Origin: an uncultured Candidatus Peribacteria bacterium
Lineage (GTDB): Bacteria; Patescibacteriota; Gracilibacteria; BD1-5; JAGOOR01
Direction of reading: 5' to 3'
Assembly: GCA_964544625.1 (NCBI GenBank)
Contig: CAZJBQ010000002.1
Coordinates: 49,462-113,461, forward strand
Length of the DNA stretch: 64,000 nucleotides
Shown: positions 10,646-21,988 of the stretch, one piece after another
Layout: each line of letters begins with the position of its first letter
Position numbering within the stretch: the first letter of the stretch is position 1
The notes under the pieces: generated by a model
What the model was told of the DNA's origin: nothing
What the model saw: only the letters and a program-made list of their open reading frames with translations
The model's database searches: none
Made by a program: the position numbers and the translations under genes

Positions 10646-10813
10646 ATGCGCGAAATACTCCTCTCACTCTCCACAGGCGCTATCGTTGGCGTGATATTCT
10701 CATTTGCCAAGCTTCCTATCCCAGCACCTCAAGCCCTTGCTGGTGTTGCAGGTATTGTTGGTATATACGTGGGTTATGTTGGTGTGAGTTACCTCCTTCG
10801 TTTCCTCGGATAA
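10646..10813 (+). CDS. XapX-domain small membrane protein (DUF1427)
   Basis: 55 aa: STGAIVGVIFSFAKLPIPAPQALAGVAGIVGIYVG. Confidence 0.55.
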   Translation: MREILLSLSTGAIVGVIFSFAKLPIPAPQALAGVAGIVGIYVGYVGVSYLLRFLG

Positions 10814-10834
10814 AAATTAAGTGTTTATCTCATC

Positions 10835-11368
10835 ATGGCAAGAACTACTATTACACATGTTCCGTGACTTCGTCGTATGAGTCTCCGTGTCAACCCAAAC
10901 GGAGAAGTAGTCGTCCGTGCACCAATGCGCACAACAGAGGTACAAATCCAGAAATTCATCGATACGCATACCGCGTGGATTCGTAAACAACGCTCCAAGA
11001 TGTCCGGCTTTGTGCGACTGACTCGAGAGCAAATCAGAGACCTACGAGATCGAGCTGAGAAATTTCTCCCGAGACGCGTCGCAGAATTGGCTGAAGAACT
11101 CGATTTTCGCTATCAACGAGTCGTGTGTCGCCATCAGAAATCTCGATGGGGGAGCTGTAGTCACCGCAATGTCATCAGTCTCAATATCGAGCTCATGCGT
11201 CTCCCGAAGAAACTCCGAGACTATATCATCGTCCATGAGCTGACACATACCGTTCATAAACATCACCAAACAGCATTTTGGAATTATCTCGAACGCATCT
11301 TCCCGTGAGCTCTGGAGTGTGATGAAGCTATGAAAGACTGGAAAATAGGGTACGAGAAGAGAGACTAA
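10835..11368 (+). CDS. YgjP-like metal-dependent hydrolase (DUF45/M48 superfamily)
   Basis: HELTHTVHKHHQTAFW motif. Two in-frame TGA. Confidence 0.8.
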
Positions 11369-12120
11369 GCGTACATGCCGTAAGCTCTGTCAAAATCAGC
11401 ATCAGTAATATTTTGTCCTTGTTTTTTATTCTCTGCAGCTTCTTGCCGGAGTCATTCTTGTGCAATGAGATGAATCCTTTGAGCCTCTTTGTGACCTCGT
11501 TGAATAATACTGGTCAATTCCTTATTTTTTGTTTCCAGTCGTGTTTTATTCTCCTGGAGTGGTTTCCATGCTTCTTTGAGTTGTTTGAGTCGTGCTTCGA
11601 TAGGTTTTATGAGAGCTTCGTCATCAGCAATTGCCTTTGATAATTTTGCCTTTTCTGCTGCGAGTACCGTGATTTCTTTTTTTGTTTGTTCTAAGATAGG
11701 TTTTTTTACAGCATTATCTTTTTCAAGATCAGTTTTTTCTTGTTGGAGTTTTTTGAGTTGTTCCTCAGCTTCTTCTGAGGACAAAGTGCTGACATTTGAT
11801 GTTAATTCTGCTATAGCTGCATCGATTTGTGTTATTCGATCTGTATTGGTTTTGATAGCTTTCGAAAGTTCGTCTCTTTTACCCTCAGCAATACCGAGTT
11901 TTTGTTCTGTTTCTGCGAGTTTTGGACGATTGGCTTCGAGCCTGTCTGCAATTGGCTTTCGTTCCGCCTCCGCTGCAGTTTGTAAGTCTGTGTTTTCTGT
12001 GAGTTTTTGTGTTGCTTCATCGAGTTTTTGTTGCGCAGATTCCTGAGTAATGATTGTTTCATCATTGCTCTTTATTGCACTTCCAGCTTCAGATATGTTT
12101 TTATTCGTTTCTCCAGCCAT
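11365..12120 (-). CDS. coiled-coil protein (251 aa)
   Basis: Long heptad-like K/E/L/A/Q-rich ORF. ATG 12120. TAG at 11365-11367 overlaps the stop of the convergent gene. Confidence 0.6.
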
Positions 12121-12314
12121 AGTACACTTATTATAGCACGTATTTTTCTGACATGCAAATCTTTGTTTAAGCACATTCGTACTCTTTTTGGTATTCTATC
12201 TCTACGGTTTTTAGCTATTTCTTTCTGAATTATTTTTTTAGTAAAAAATAATAATTAGAAATCGAATTATTGACTTTGCAGGGACTGAGGATATTCTGGA
12301 TAAAATAAAACTTT

Positions 12315-14714
12315 ATGCCAGACGAGACTCCACCAACATTGCAAACTGTTGAGTATTGAGATATACCTGCACCGATTGGCAATCTTGTTCGATTAGTTGG
12401 TATTCAATGAAAAAAAGTGGTTGATTGAGATTTTTGATCGCTCGTGTTTAATACTCAAGAACGATTGCGGGATATATTGTTAGATTTTGGGTATCATGCG
12501 GACAGTATCCTGAATCTCTGAAACTCCCAAGAAATTTCAGTCTGAGGGTTGCAAGCGGCAGTATTGGAGTCCTATAAAAAATGCATCAAAGAGCCTCTTC
12601 CAAAACACTCCACTACTATAGTAGTACCCAGAACATTAGAGCACAAATCTGATGTAAGAATTGCTCTCAATGCTTTGCGCCAGAGCAGAGCGTATAATGA
12701 GTTCAAGCATATAAAAATATGGCAGCTTCCTCACACTCAGGCACGCGAAAAACTCACCGAAGCAATTTGTTCTGTCGATGCTAACTGGTATACCATATTG
12801 TGTCGTATTTTTCGACTCAACAATCCTGGGGCCATGTCCTGAACTGGAGCTATTCAGTCTCAACCACTGAGAGATTTTTTGTGTGATTATGTTTTTTGTG
12901 TTCCGAGAGAAGAATTCGAGGGCGCAAATACATGACCCAGAAAGCCTAAAAAGCCAAAAAAACCAGAAGGCATGGATGAAACAGATGAGTTAGTATGGGT
13001 ATTTTTTCACTGAAGTGATTCAGTTGCTGCGATTACTGAACCTGCTCAGCTGGCAAAAATATGTGATATCTCTGAGAAAGAGTGTAGTCGTAGGTTGATA
13101 AAACTCGGACTGATCCCATGAGGAGAAGTGCGTAAAAAACGTCAGTATACCAGAAGAATTCCTCGTCCATCGGAACCGCCGGTGGATGTACCACCAGTAG
13201 TTTCTCCGACAGAACCCACCAGAGCTGATCAGGGCCAAGTGACAGAGGTTGTGCCAGAGCCTATTGCTCCTGCGCCTACTCCAGCGCCAGAAAAAAGAAA
13301 ACCTACACATCCAGATATTCCAGGTGATATTGATAGTTACGATTGACTCATTTTGTGGCTTCAAGAAGAGCGACAGGTACCACTCGTACATTCTCTCAAA
13401 AATACTCTCGGCTGAGCGAAAGCAAGACTTACGGCTCATCGCTCGTTAGAGGCAATGATTTTCTGAGATTTTGGAGCAGGTCGGATTGAGCCTGTGATTT
13501 TACAATTAGTGAAATTTTTTGATTCCCAGAAAGAACTCGCTGAATTTATCGCAGAACTCAGAGAATATCGAGCTCCAGTAAAACCAAAAAATCATACACC
13601 AGTTTCAAAAATGATACTATCTCCTCCAACTTCACTTCCTCCGTCATCCCCTGTGCCAGCAACAGTTCACCTCATGGTACTTGGTGCATTAATGCCAACA
13701 CAGAAGAACTATGAATGATTTTTGACATGGTCTCGTAGTCAAACAAAGATAGTAGAAGTATTACAAGATTTCTGTACAGATTTTCTCGCATTAAGCGGTA
13801 TTATCAGAGCACCTGGCTCTATGGATGTCATAAAAAAATTTGGGAGAGATTCAGAAATATGGAAATTTTTGACTGAAGGAGCACGATTAAAAGGTAGTGT
13901 AACGGATATGTGACAAGTGGCATTGGATATAGCCCAGATAGATCTCTCCGCGTTACGTGTTGCTTCACAATCAGCAACGCCTGCTCTACCGCAAGTGCAG
14001 GCTGATCCACCAACGCCAGCAACAATTCCGAAAAAAAATCCTCCTCCAGTACCCGTCGTACAAAAATCTCTCGAGGATCAAATGCTTGAACTCATGATAG
14101 AGGCTCAGGAGAATAAGGTTTGAATGAGATATGTCTGACCTATTGCGAATGCCTATATGAATGGAGAATATGAGAAAGCTGGAGATGTGTATGAACAATT
14201 CAGGGCACTGGAGTGGAGGGATGATGAATCGGATGATTCTGAAAACAATGCTACCGTGAGTCTCTATAACACTCTTGTTGAGCTACAGAAAAAGCGACAT
14301 GAAGCAAAACAGCCAATATCAATACTGGGGCTCATCGTAGAGTTATGTGGTTATGAATTCGAAGAAGATCCATTGTATGACTACAAAATAGAGCATCACT
14401 GGGAAGAAAGACTGGGAGAAATGTTAGCTGATAGTGGCGTCACCTCCGAACAAGTAAAAGCATGGTGTGAACAACAAACTATGAGTCATTTATTAGAGGA
14501 ATTGCGGCAGATACAAATCTGTGTTCCATTGGGGCATACAAAATGGCTGCAATGGCAAGAAAAATCTAGTCTAGAGACTAATCTAGCTCAATTTATGGAA
14601 TCTCTCATAGCTCACGATCACCTCGGAGAGAAGAGATGGAATTGACAGATTGATATCAAAGAATTGAAGAAAAAACTTCGTCATATCAAATTTCCATCGA
14701 CAGACGAAGAGTAA
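12315..14714 (+). CDS. large hypothetical protein (799 aa) with Pro-rich linkers
   Basis: Seven track ORFs (12549, 13128, 13494, 13722, 13917, 14157 ...) are all in frame 0, joined by TGA with no TAA/TAG. TAA at 14712. Confidence 0.6.
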
Positions 14715-14717
14715 TTA

Positions 14718-14945
14718 TTGCATTCCACTTTCTATCTATATAATCATTATATCAGCCCTGACTCCTGCTATCACAGGACGTGTCCTCCGAAGCCTTGGCG
14801 AAGGATGGACGAGCTGAGGGAAGAAATCGCAAGAAAGTAGACCCCTCCGGACACTGCACGTGACGCAGATAAATCAAGTACCGTTTTCGGTGGTAACTTC
14901 CTCACAAGAGGACCGAAACACACAGTTTATTTTGTGTGTTTTTTT
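14718..14945 (+). promoter_or_regulatory. promoter plus T-box-like leader of ileS
   Basis: TTGCAT-15-TATAAT. Antiterminator-like fold: helix UUUCGG/CCGAAA (14885-90/14913-18), 7-nt bulge UGGUAAC (14891-97), helix UCCUC/GAGGA. Competing hairpin AAACACACA/UGUGUGUUU plus a U-run ends at the ATG. Confidence 0.55.
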
Positions 14946-17900
14946 ATGCCCTTCTCTCTCCCCAAATGAAAACCCGAGTTCTCAAAACTCGAAGAATCTA
15001 TCCTCCAGTATTGGAAGGAAAATAAGACCTTTGAAAAATCAGTCGAATCCAGGCCGGCTGAAAATCCGTATCGATTCTATGATGGTCCTCCATTTATCAC
15101 GGGTACTCCGCATTATGGGAGCTTGCTATCTTCGATAATCAAGGATGTTGTTCCTCGCTATCAGACCATGCTCGGGAAGCGCGTCGAACGTGTCTGGGGA
15201 TGGGATTGTCATGGACTTCCAATTGAGCAAAAAGTACAGAAAAAATTATGACTTGAATCAAATAAAGAAATCGAAGAATCAGCAGGTGGAATCCAGGGAT
15301 TTATCGATGAATGTTACGCCTACACTCGCGATACTTCAGCAGAGTGGAGCTGGTATATCGATCATATCGGTCGATGGGTGGATATGGAGGGTGCGTACCG
15401 CACGATGGATCAGAACTATATGGAGTCGGTCATGTGGGTCTTCAAACAAATCTGGGAGAAAGGATATATCTACGAAGGGAAGCGTGTTTCGTGGTATTCT
15501 TGGAAGCTCTCGACCCCGATTTCAAACTTTGAAATCGCGATGGATGACAGCTATCAGGATGTCCAGGATCCAGCGATTACGGTGAAATTTCCACTCACAC
15601 AAGATACCTCAAAACAAGATGAGGTGCAGGGGTGAAAATTTGAATATACAGAGGATGGATATCTCCGATATGTCCTCGCAGTCATCCGAAATGCTGATGG
15701 TGAAGTTCTCATGCTCCAAAATAAAAAACACTGAAATACATGGCAATGTCCTGGTGGAAAAATTGACGCAGGAGAAACGGCAGAAACGGCTCTCAAAAGA
15801 GAAATAAAAGAAGAACTCTGAGTCGAGATAACCATCAGAAAGCATCTCTGAAATCGAAAAGTTTTCACTCAGCGTACTTTGTGGCAAGGGGAATATTTCG
15901 AAGTTGAGTTATTATCAAATCCAACTATTCAAGAACCAGAAAAACACGCCCAGATGCAGTGGATGAAAATCATAGACGATCCAGAACTCGTTCATGGTTA
16001 CTATCTCCAGTATGGTGAACATATTATTACCGAACAGCTTGGTCGGATGTATGATGCTCTCGCACTTCGAGCAATAGAGAAAAAATTACCTGAACTCAAA
16101 AGCATCTCATTGCTCGCATGGACAACAACCCCGTGGACTATACCGATGCATATGGCGATTGCGGTGCACAATGACCTCACGTATGTGTTAGTGCAAATTG
16201 AAGATGAAGCCTATTTGGTCGCGAAAAACCGTCTTGAGACCGTCATGAAAGGCAAAAATTTTACTGTTCTTACTGAATATCCTGGTTCATTCTTGGTTGG
16301 TAAATATTATCGTCCACCATTTGATTATTACGTCGGAAAAATCGATGAGAGAAATTTCCGTGTCTATCACGCTGACTTCGTCACTGACACTGATGGTACT
16401 GGTATCGCTCACGAAGCTCCAGAATTTGGTGATGTGGATTTTCAGCTTGCGAAGCAAGAGGGGATTTTCATCACGTCTGCAATCGATGAAGCAGGGAAGT
16501 ATACGGCACAAGTCCCAGACTATCAAGGCACGCTCTATATCGATGCTATCGACCCTATCACGGAACGACTCAAAGCAGAAGGAAAACTCTTCAAAAAAGA
16601 AGGTATCACTCACCGCGTCCCATACTGTCCTCGCAGCAATACGCCACTCATGCAGAAAGCCCAAAAGTCGTGGTTTATCGATATTCAGAGAATCAAATCT
16701 GAGCTCATCGCACAGAATGAAAATATCAACTGGTTTCCAGATCACTTTAAGCATGGACGATTTCTCAAATCTCTCGAATCTGCTCCAGATTGGTGCATCT
16801 CTCGCTCTCGTTTTTGGGGAACGCCGATGCCTGTATGGCAAAGTGCAGACGGTTCTGAGCGTGTCGTCATCGATTCTCGCGAAGAATTGTATCAGAGAAA
16901 TAAACCACTTGGTCAGATAACAAAGATTATTTTTGTGAGACATGCGGAGAGTGAAGCGAATGTAGCAAAAATGTATAATGATAATGGAACGTCTCCTCTG
17001 ACAAAGAAAGGACATGAGCAGGCAAAAAAACTCGCTCAAAGTCTTGAACAAGTTGATGTTGTACTTTGTTCACCATTTTTGAGAACAACGCAAACAGCAG
17101 AACCAATTGCACAAAAATTCGGACTTGATATTGAGGTTCGAGAATATCTCCATGAAACCAATCATGGCACACTAGCTGATCAAACACAGACAAAAACGGT
17201 ACTGGAAGAAAGAAAAAAATTCTTCGAAAATCATGACCATAAGTTTGGTGGAACAGGCGAATCATTCAATGATCTTATTGCTCGTGGAGAGGTTCTCCGA
17301 CAAGAAATTCTCGCAAAATATCCTGGGAAAACAGTCGTGGTCGTGAGCCACGGACATCCAGTCAAGGCATTTCTCGTCGCATGTGGAGCAAAAAGACCAA
17401 GTAATACTGAAAATGCAAAACCATACGTACTCTATCTCGATAACAACACAGGCAAGGAAATCAATCTCCACCGTCCATATATTGATCGGATTTATGTCCC
17501 ATGAAAATCTTCTTTCACTCCGAAAAAAGTGCTCGGTATTCATGGATGGACTTCTGCTGGCATCCAAAATCCGCAAGGAAAATGGTTGCCAATTCAAGAA
17601 AAGCTCAAAGCTGCATGAGTGCAATTTGATGTACCAGATTTTGATAAAAATAAGGAAACGAAATATTCACTTTGGAAAGAGAAGCTCGATACTCTGGATG
17701 TAGCAAGTTATGATACCATTATGGCAACGAGCTTTGGTTGTCCTGTTATCATGCAGTACCTCTGTGAGAGAAATATTAAATTAAAACGTCTTGTGTTGGT
17801 TGCTCCAAGTGGTCTCAAAGGGAATGAGTACCTCGAAAAAGTGATTCCAGAAATGACGGAAGATGTTGAGAAACTTCGATGACTCGTGGAAGAAATAATA

Positions 17901-19646
17901 GTCCCCCATAGTGAAGACGATGACTCGACCAGCGCACGATTTGAATACGGTCAATCACTCGCAAAAAGAATAGGTGCAATATTCCTCCCTATCAATGGTG
18001 TAGGTCATAAATTTGGAGGTTGGAGTATTGATTTTCTTTCTTCTCTTATCCAACACGGAGCCCCACTCCGTCGCGTCTCCGAAGTCCTTGATGTGTGGAT
18101 GGATAGTGCTTCGATGCCGTATGCACAAGTGCATTATCCATTTGAGAATCAAGCGAAAATGGAAGCGAGTTTCCCAGCCGATTTTATCGCAGAATACACA
18201 GGGCAGATTCGTGCATGGTTCTACGTGATGCACGCGATTGGCGTGATGGTAAAATGATCGCCAGCCTTCAAAAATGTCGCTGTCACATGAGTCATCAATG
18301 GAACTGATGGACGCAAGATGAGTAAATCCTACGGAAACTATCCTGATCCTCGTGAGACGATTCAGAAATACGGTGCTGACGCGATTCGCTTCTACCTCAT
18401 GGGCGGTACGCTGATGAAGGGTGAAGATATGGCATTTTCAGAAGCAGGTATTCAAGAATCAATCAAACGAGTCCTCCTTCCGCTCTGGAATTCCTACACT
18501 TTCTTTGCGACCTACGCAAATATCGATGAATGGGAATTCACGGATTATTCAACACCAAAGACACACGAACTCGATACATGGATTATTTCTCGTCTCCATA
18601 CATTGATTCAGGACACGAGAGTCTCAATGGATGCCTACGATCTCCAGAAAACGTGTGATGCTATCATGGTCTTCCTTGATGGTCTCAATAACTGGTATAT
18701 CCGGCGCAATCGCAGACGTTTCTGGAGAAGCGAACTCGATGCAGACAAAAAAAGTGCGTACGAAACACTCCATGAAGCCCTCGTCACAATGACGAAACTC
18801 CTCGCACCTATCTGTCCATTTATCACTGAGCATCTCTATCAGAATCTCATGAATACGACGGAATCACTGCATCTCACTGACGTCCCAGCAGAAAGCAGAG
18901 AGCACCTCCACCTCGCCGCGAAACAGAAAATGACACACCTCCAAAATCTCACCAATCTCGGTCTCGCTATTCGTGGTCGTGAGAAACTCCGCGTTCGACA
19001 GCCACTTCGAGCAGCGACGATTACCCTCGAACTCGATGAGAGCGCACGAGAGACACTCGCTGAAGAATTGAACGTCAAGGAAATACACAGTGTGAAAGAT
19101 GTCTCGGACTATGTCACCATTACCTATTCTCCTGATGCGAAAAAAATCGGAGCGACTGAGAGAAAACAATGGATGAAAACCATTATTGCTGATGCAAAAG
19201 CAGGGAAGGGGAACCTAACTTCAGAGGGGACTCTTGAACTCACGGTCCCAGAAGCACCAGACGGAAAAGTGGTTCTCGCTGCGGATGAATTTGAAGCGGT
19301 CTATACACCAAAAGAAGGTTCAACCATTGCTTTTGCTGGTAGCGCAGGATACGTCATCGGTCTCGATACAACCCTCGATGAAGCACTTACCTTTGAGGGC
19401 TATGCTCGTGATATGATTCGCGGTATTCAGGACGCTCGAAAAGAACTCGGATTCCAGGTCACTGATAGACTTCAACTCGCACTGACATCAGACAATGAAA
19501 TGCTTGGAAAAATTCTCGCCGTCCATCAAGGTATGATTGAAAAAGAAACTCTCACAACTGTCGAACTTCAGACTTCAAATCCCGAAAATACGAGAGAAGT
19601 CGAAATCGATGAAGGCTTTATGATTCATCTCAGTCTTACAAAATAA
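14946..19646 (+). CDS. ileS: isoleucyl-tRNA synthetase with three inserted enzyme domains (1566 aa)
   Basis: PHYGS (HIGH-type), WDCHGLP, WTTTPWT, LHRPYID and KMSKS motifs. All track fragments (15378, 15879, 17619, 17886, 18318) are in frame 0, joined by eleven TGA. Confidence 0.95.
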
Positions 19647-19650
19647 ATTT

Positions 19651-20265
19651 ATGTCTCTCATTATCACGGTCGGCCTTCTTCATCTCCTGGCTCTCATCAG
19701 TCCAGGTCCAGATTTTATCCTCTGTGCACGCAATAGTCTCGCGTATTCACGAAAGATGGGACTCTGGACGGCTCTCGGATTTAGTGGAGGTATTGCTGTC
19801 CATATGACCTACTGTATCGCGGGTATTGCTGTGATTATCTCTCAGTCTATCATGCTCTTCAATATCATGAAGTGGCTCGGAGCGATCTATCTCATCTATA
19901 TCGGTATCCAGTCATGGAGAGCGAAACATACGACGATACATATCGATGCTCATAAACATAAGCATACAATTTCGGCATTTCATGCCATCAAAATGGGTTT
20001 TCTCACGAATGCTCTTAATCCCAAAGCAACGCTCTTTTTTCTGAGCGCATTTACTCTCATCATCTCTCCATCGACACCGATGTGGATACAGCTCGCGATA
20101 GGCATCTGGTGTGTCGTACAGACATTTCTCTGGTTTGCTTTTGTTGCAATAGTTCTGACGATTCCTCGAGTTCGTCGCGTGTTTGAGCGATTTCAGGGAT
20201 TCTTCAATAAATTTTTCTGAGGAGCGCTCGTAGTTCTCGGTATCAAAGTAGCGACGACGGATTAA
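19651..20265 (+). CDS. LysE/RhtB family amino-acid exporter
   Basis: N-terminal ISPGPDF motif and a six-TM pattern. Extends past TGA 20218 to TAA 20263. Confidence 0.85.
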
Positions 20266-20290
20266 TTGAAACCTTGAAAAATTTTTTCAA

Positions 20291-20989
20291 ATGTGAGATA
20301 ATTATCGCATGTGAAAGAAAAATGCTACATTCTTTCGAAAAGCTCTTCAGGCAAGAGTAGAGAGTGGCGAATTTCGTGAAATAGGATCTGGAGGTGCTGA
20401 TGGGGACGGTGTCCAATCAACTGAATTTATCGAAATAAGGCCACTGGCTCGAAGTAAAGCAGGACTCTGAGTCCTTCACTATCTGGACAAGACACTTGTT
20501 GAAGTCGATGCCAAAAAACGCCATAGCGTACGTATGACAGACTTTCTCATGCAGGCTCACAAAGCAGGAAAACTTCATCCGATTTTTGAATGTGTAGAAG
20601 TATTTGGGCGAGCAAAAAAACGTTTTTATATTTGACGTTCTATTCCAGGTGAGACGTGGTCTGCCTGTATATTTCAGGACAATGAATCAGAAGAGCTCAA
20701 TGATACTATTTTCGATATCGCTCGTCGTGTGCTTCGTAGAAACATCAAGGGCCTCGGTATTACTTTCTGAACAAGGGGAAACGATATGGAACCATGGAAT
20801 TTTCTTATCAACCAGGTCATGTATGATTTTATCGAAGAAGAACGACAAAAAACAGAGATTGATCATATAGAGAATATTCTTCCTGTGAGTCGTGCTATTC
20901 AGGATGAGGTCAAGATACTTGATGAATGGGCAGCGGCTGGTGCACGTATCTATCTCTTTGATTTTGGGACTTGGAAATTGCCAAAATAA
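20291..20989 (+). CDS. hypothetical protein (232 aa)
   Basis: Frame 2 is open from ATG 20291 through five TGA to TAA 20987. Checked line by line. Confidence 0.5.
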
Positions 20990-20991
20990 TT

Positions 20992-21143
20992 TTGAATTTT
21001 TCAGACTCAGAATATACTTTCTCCATGCGAAATATTCTCTCATCAGCAATGATACACCTGCTCACTCTCGTGACCAGGTAGTTTTTCGTTTCCGCTTAAT
21101 TCTACTCCCCGGGTCACACGACCTGGGGATTTTTTTGTTTTTT
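20992..21143 (+). promoter_or_regulatory. promoter plus leader-peptide attenuator (no single enriched residue)
   Basis: TTGAAT-15-TATACT, then 6 nt, then ATG 21025. Leader ORF 21025-21081 encodes MRNILSSAMIHLLTLVTR. Terminator CCCCGGGT/ACCTGGGG (21107-21128) plus a U-run ends 2 nt before ATG 21145. Confidence 0.5.
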
Positions 21144-21144
21144 T

Positions 21145-21471
21145 ATGGCCCTCAATCTCCAAAATATCGAATCTCGTATTGCGTCGGAATATTGTTGCAG
21201 TACGGAAGAAATTCAGCGCGTTCTTCACGATGTTCGTGAAGCAGTTTCTGGTCATATTTTTCGTCATGAACTTCGCCCGAGAGATATTTTTCAGATGCGA
21301 ATTATGACGCATGATGAGCATATGCGGCCAGTGCCACCAAGTGAACAAACCTATCTGATTATTAATTTCGGTAAAGACCAATTAGACGATGACTACCTCA
21401 GCTATCTCCGGTCCTACTATGGCAAAATAATTTTCTTCCATATCTATCTCAATCACTCCCTTATTCTCTAA
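21145..21471 (+). CDS. hypothetical protein (108 aa)
   Basis: Intact ORF directly behind the attenuator. Confidence 0.5.
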   Translation: MALNLQNIESRIASEYCCSTEEIQRVLHDVREAVSGHIFRHELRPRDIFQMRIMTHDEHMRPVPPSEQTYLIINFGKDQLDDDYLSYLRSYYGKIIFFHIYLNHSLIL

Positions 21472-21479
21472 TATTTTTT

Positions 21480-21966
21480 ATGAATACTTCACATCTCATA
21501 ACACCCATCGCAGTTGATACACTCTGGCATACCAATTGGGGCTTTTGTGTAAGAACTATTCTCTCAGGTCAGTCGACAGATTTTTTTCTCGATAACCGCA
21601 TCCCTGGCTTACTATAGATCCTACGTAGAGAGTTTCATCGATGGAGCCAGAAAAGAACATACAGATGTATTTCAGAAGACAGGAACGCCACATACAGTAC
21701 TCCCATGAACTATCGCCACTATCAAAGCCCGTATAATCGCCACACAAGATGATATACCACTAGATCCTCGCGAAGCCCATTCGACGATCCAGAGACTCTG
21801 GAATGCCCGTATAGAACGAGCAAAACCAGAGGATAGGCCAGGGCTTGAAGCGCAGAGAGATACATTGTGTATGCAAGTTGCTCGAGTCATACAAGGCGAG
21901 CTTTCTTCTGTGGTATGCATAGAGGGTATTTTGTGAGTTTTTTGTGCACTAAAATTTGACATATAA
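21480..21966 (+). pseudogene. hypothetical gene split by a frame change at a T7 run
   Basis: Frame 0 ORF from ATG 21480 stops at TAG 21615. Frame 1 is open from 21553 to 21966, looks like protein, and has no start codon. The frames overlap at T7 21581-21587. Confidence 0.4.
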
Positions 21967-21988
21967 AATTATTATTCATAATAACAAT

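Noticed and set aside
16287-17051. 254-aa minus-strand ORF (and other ORFs antisense to ileS)
   Set aside because: It is antisense to the continuous ileS frame and contains no motif.
15636-18065. Inteins as the explanation for the extra sequence in ileS
   Set aside because: The inserts show Nudix, histidine-phosphatase and alpha/beta-hydrolase signatures. They lack intein hallmarks: no Cys/Ser at the N-junction with a terminal His-Asn plus Cys/Ser/Thr, and no homing-endonuclease motifs.
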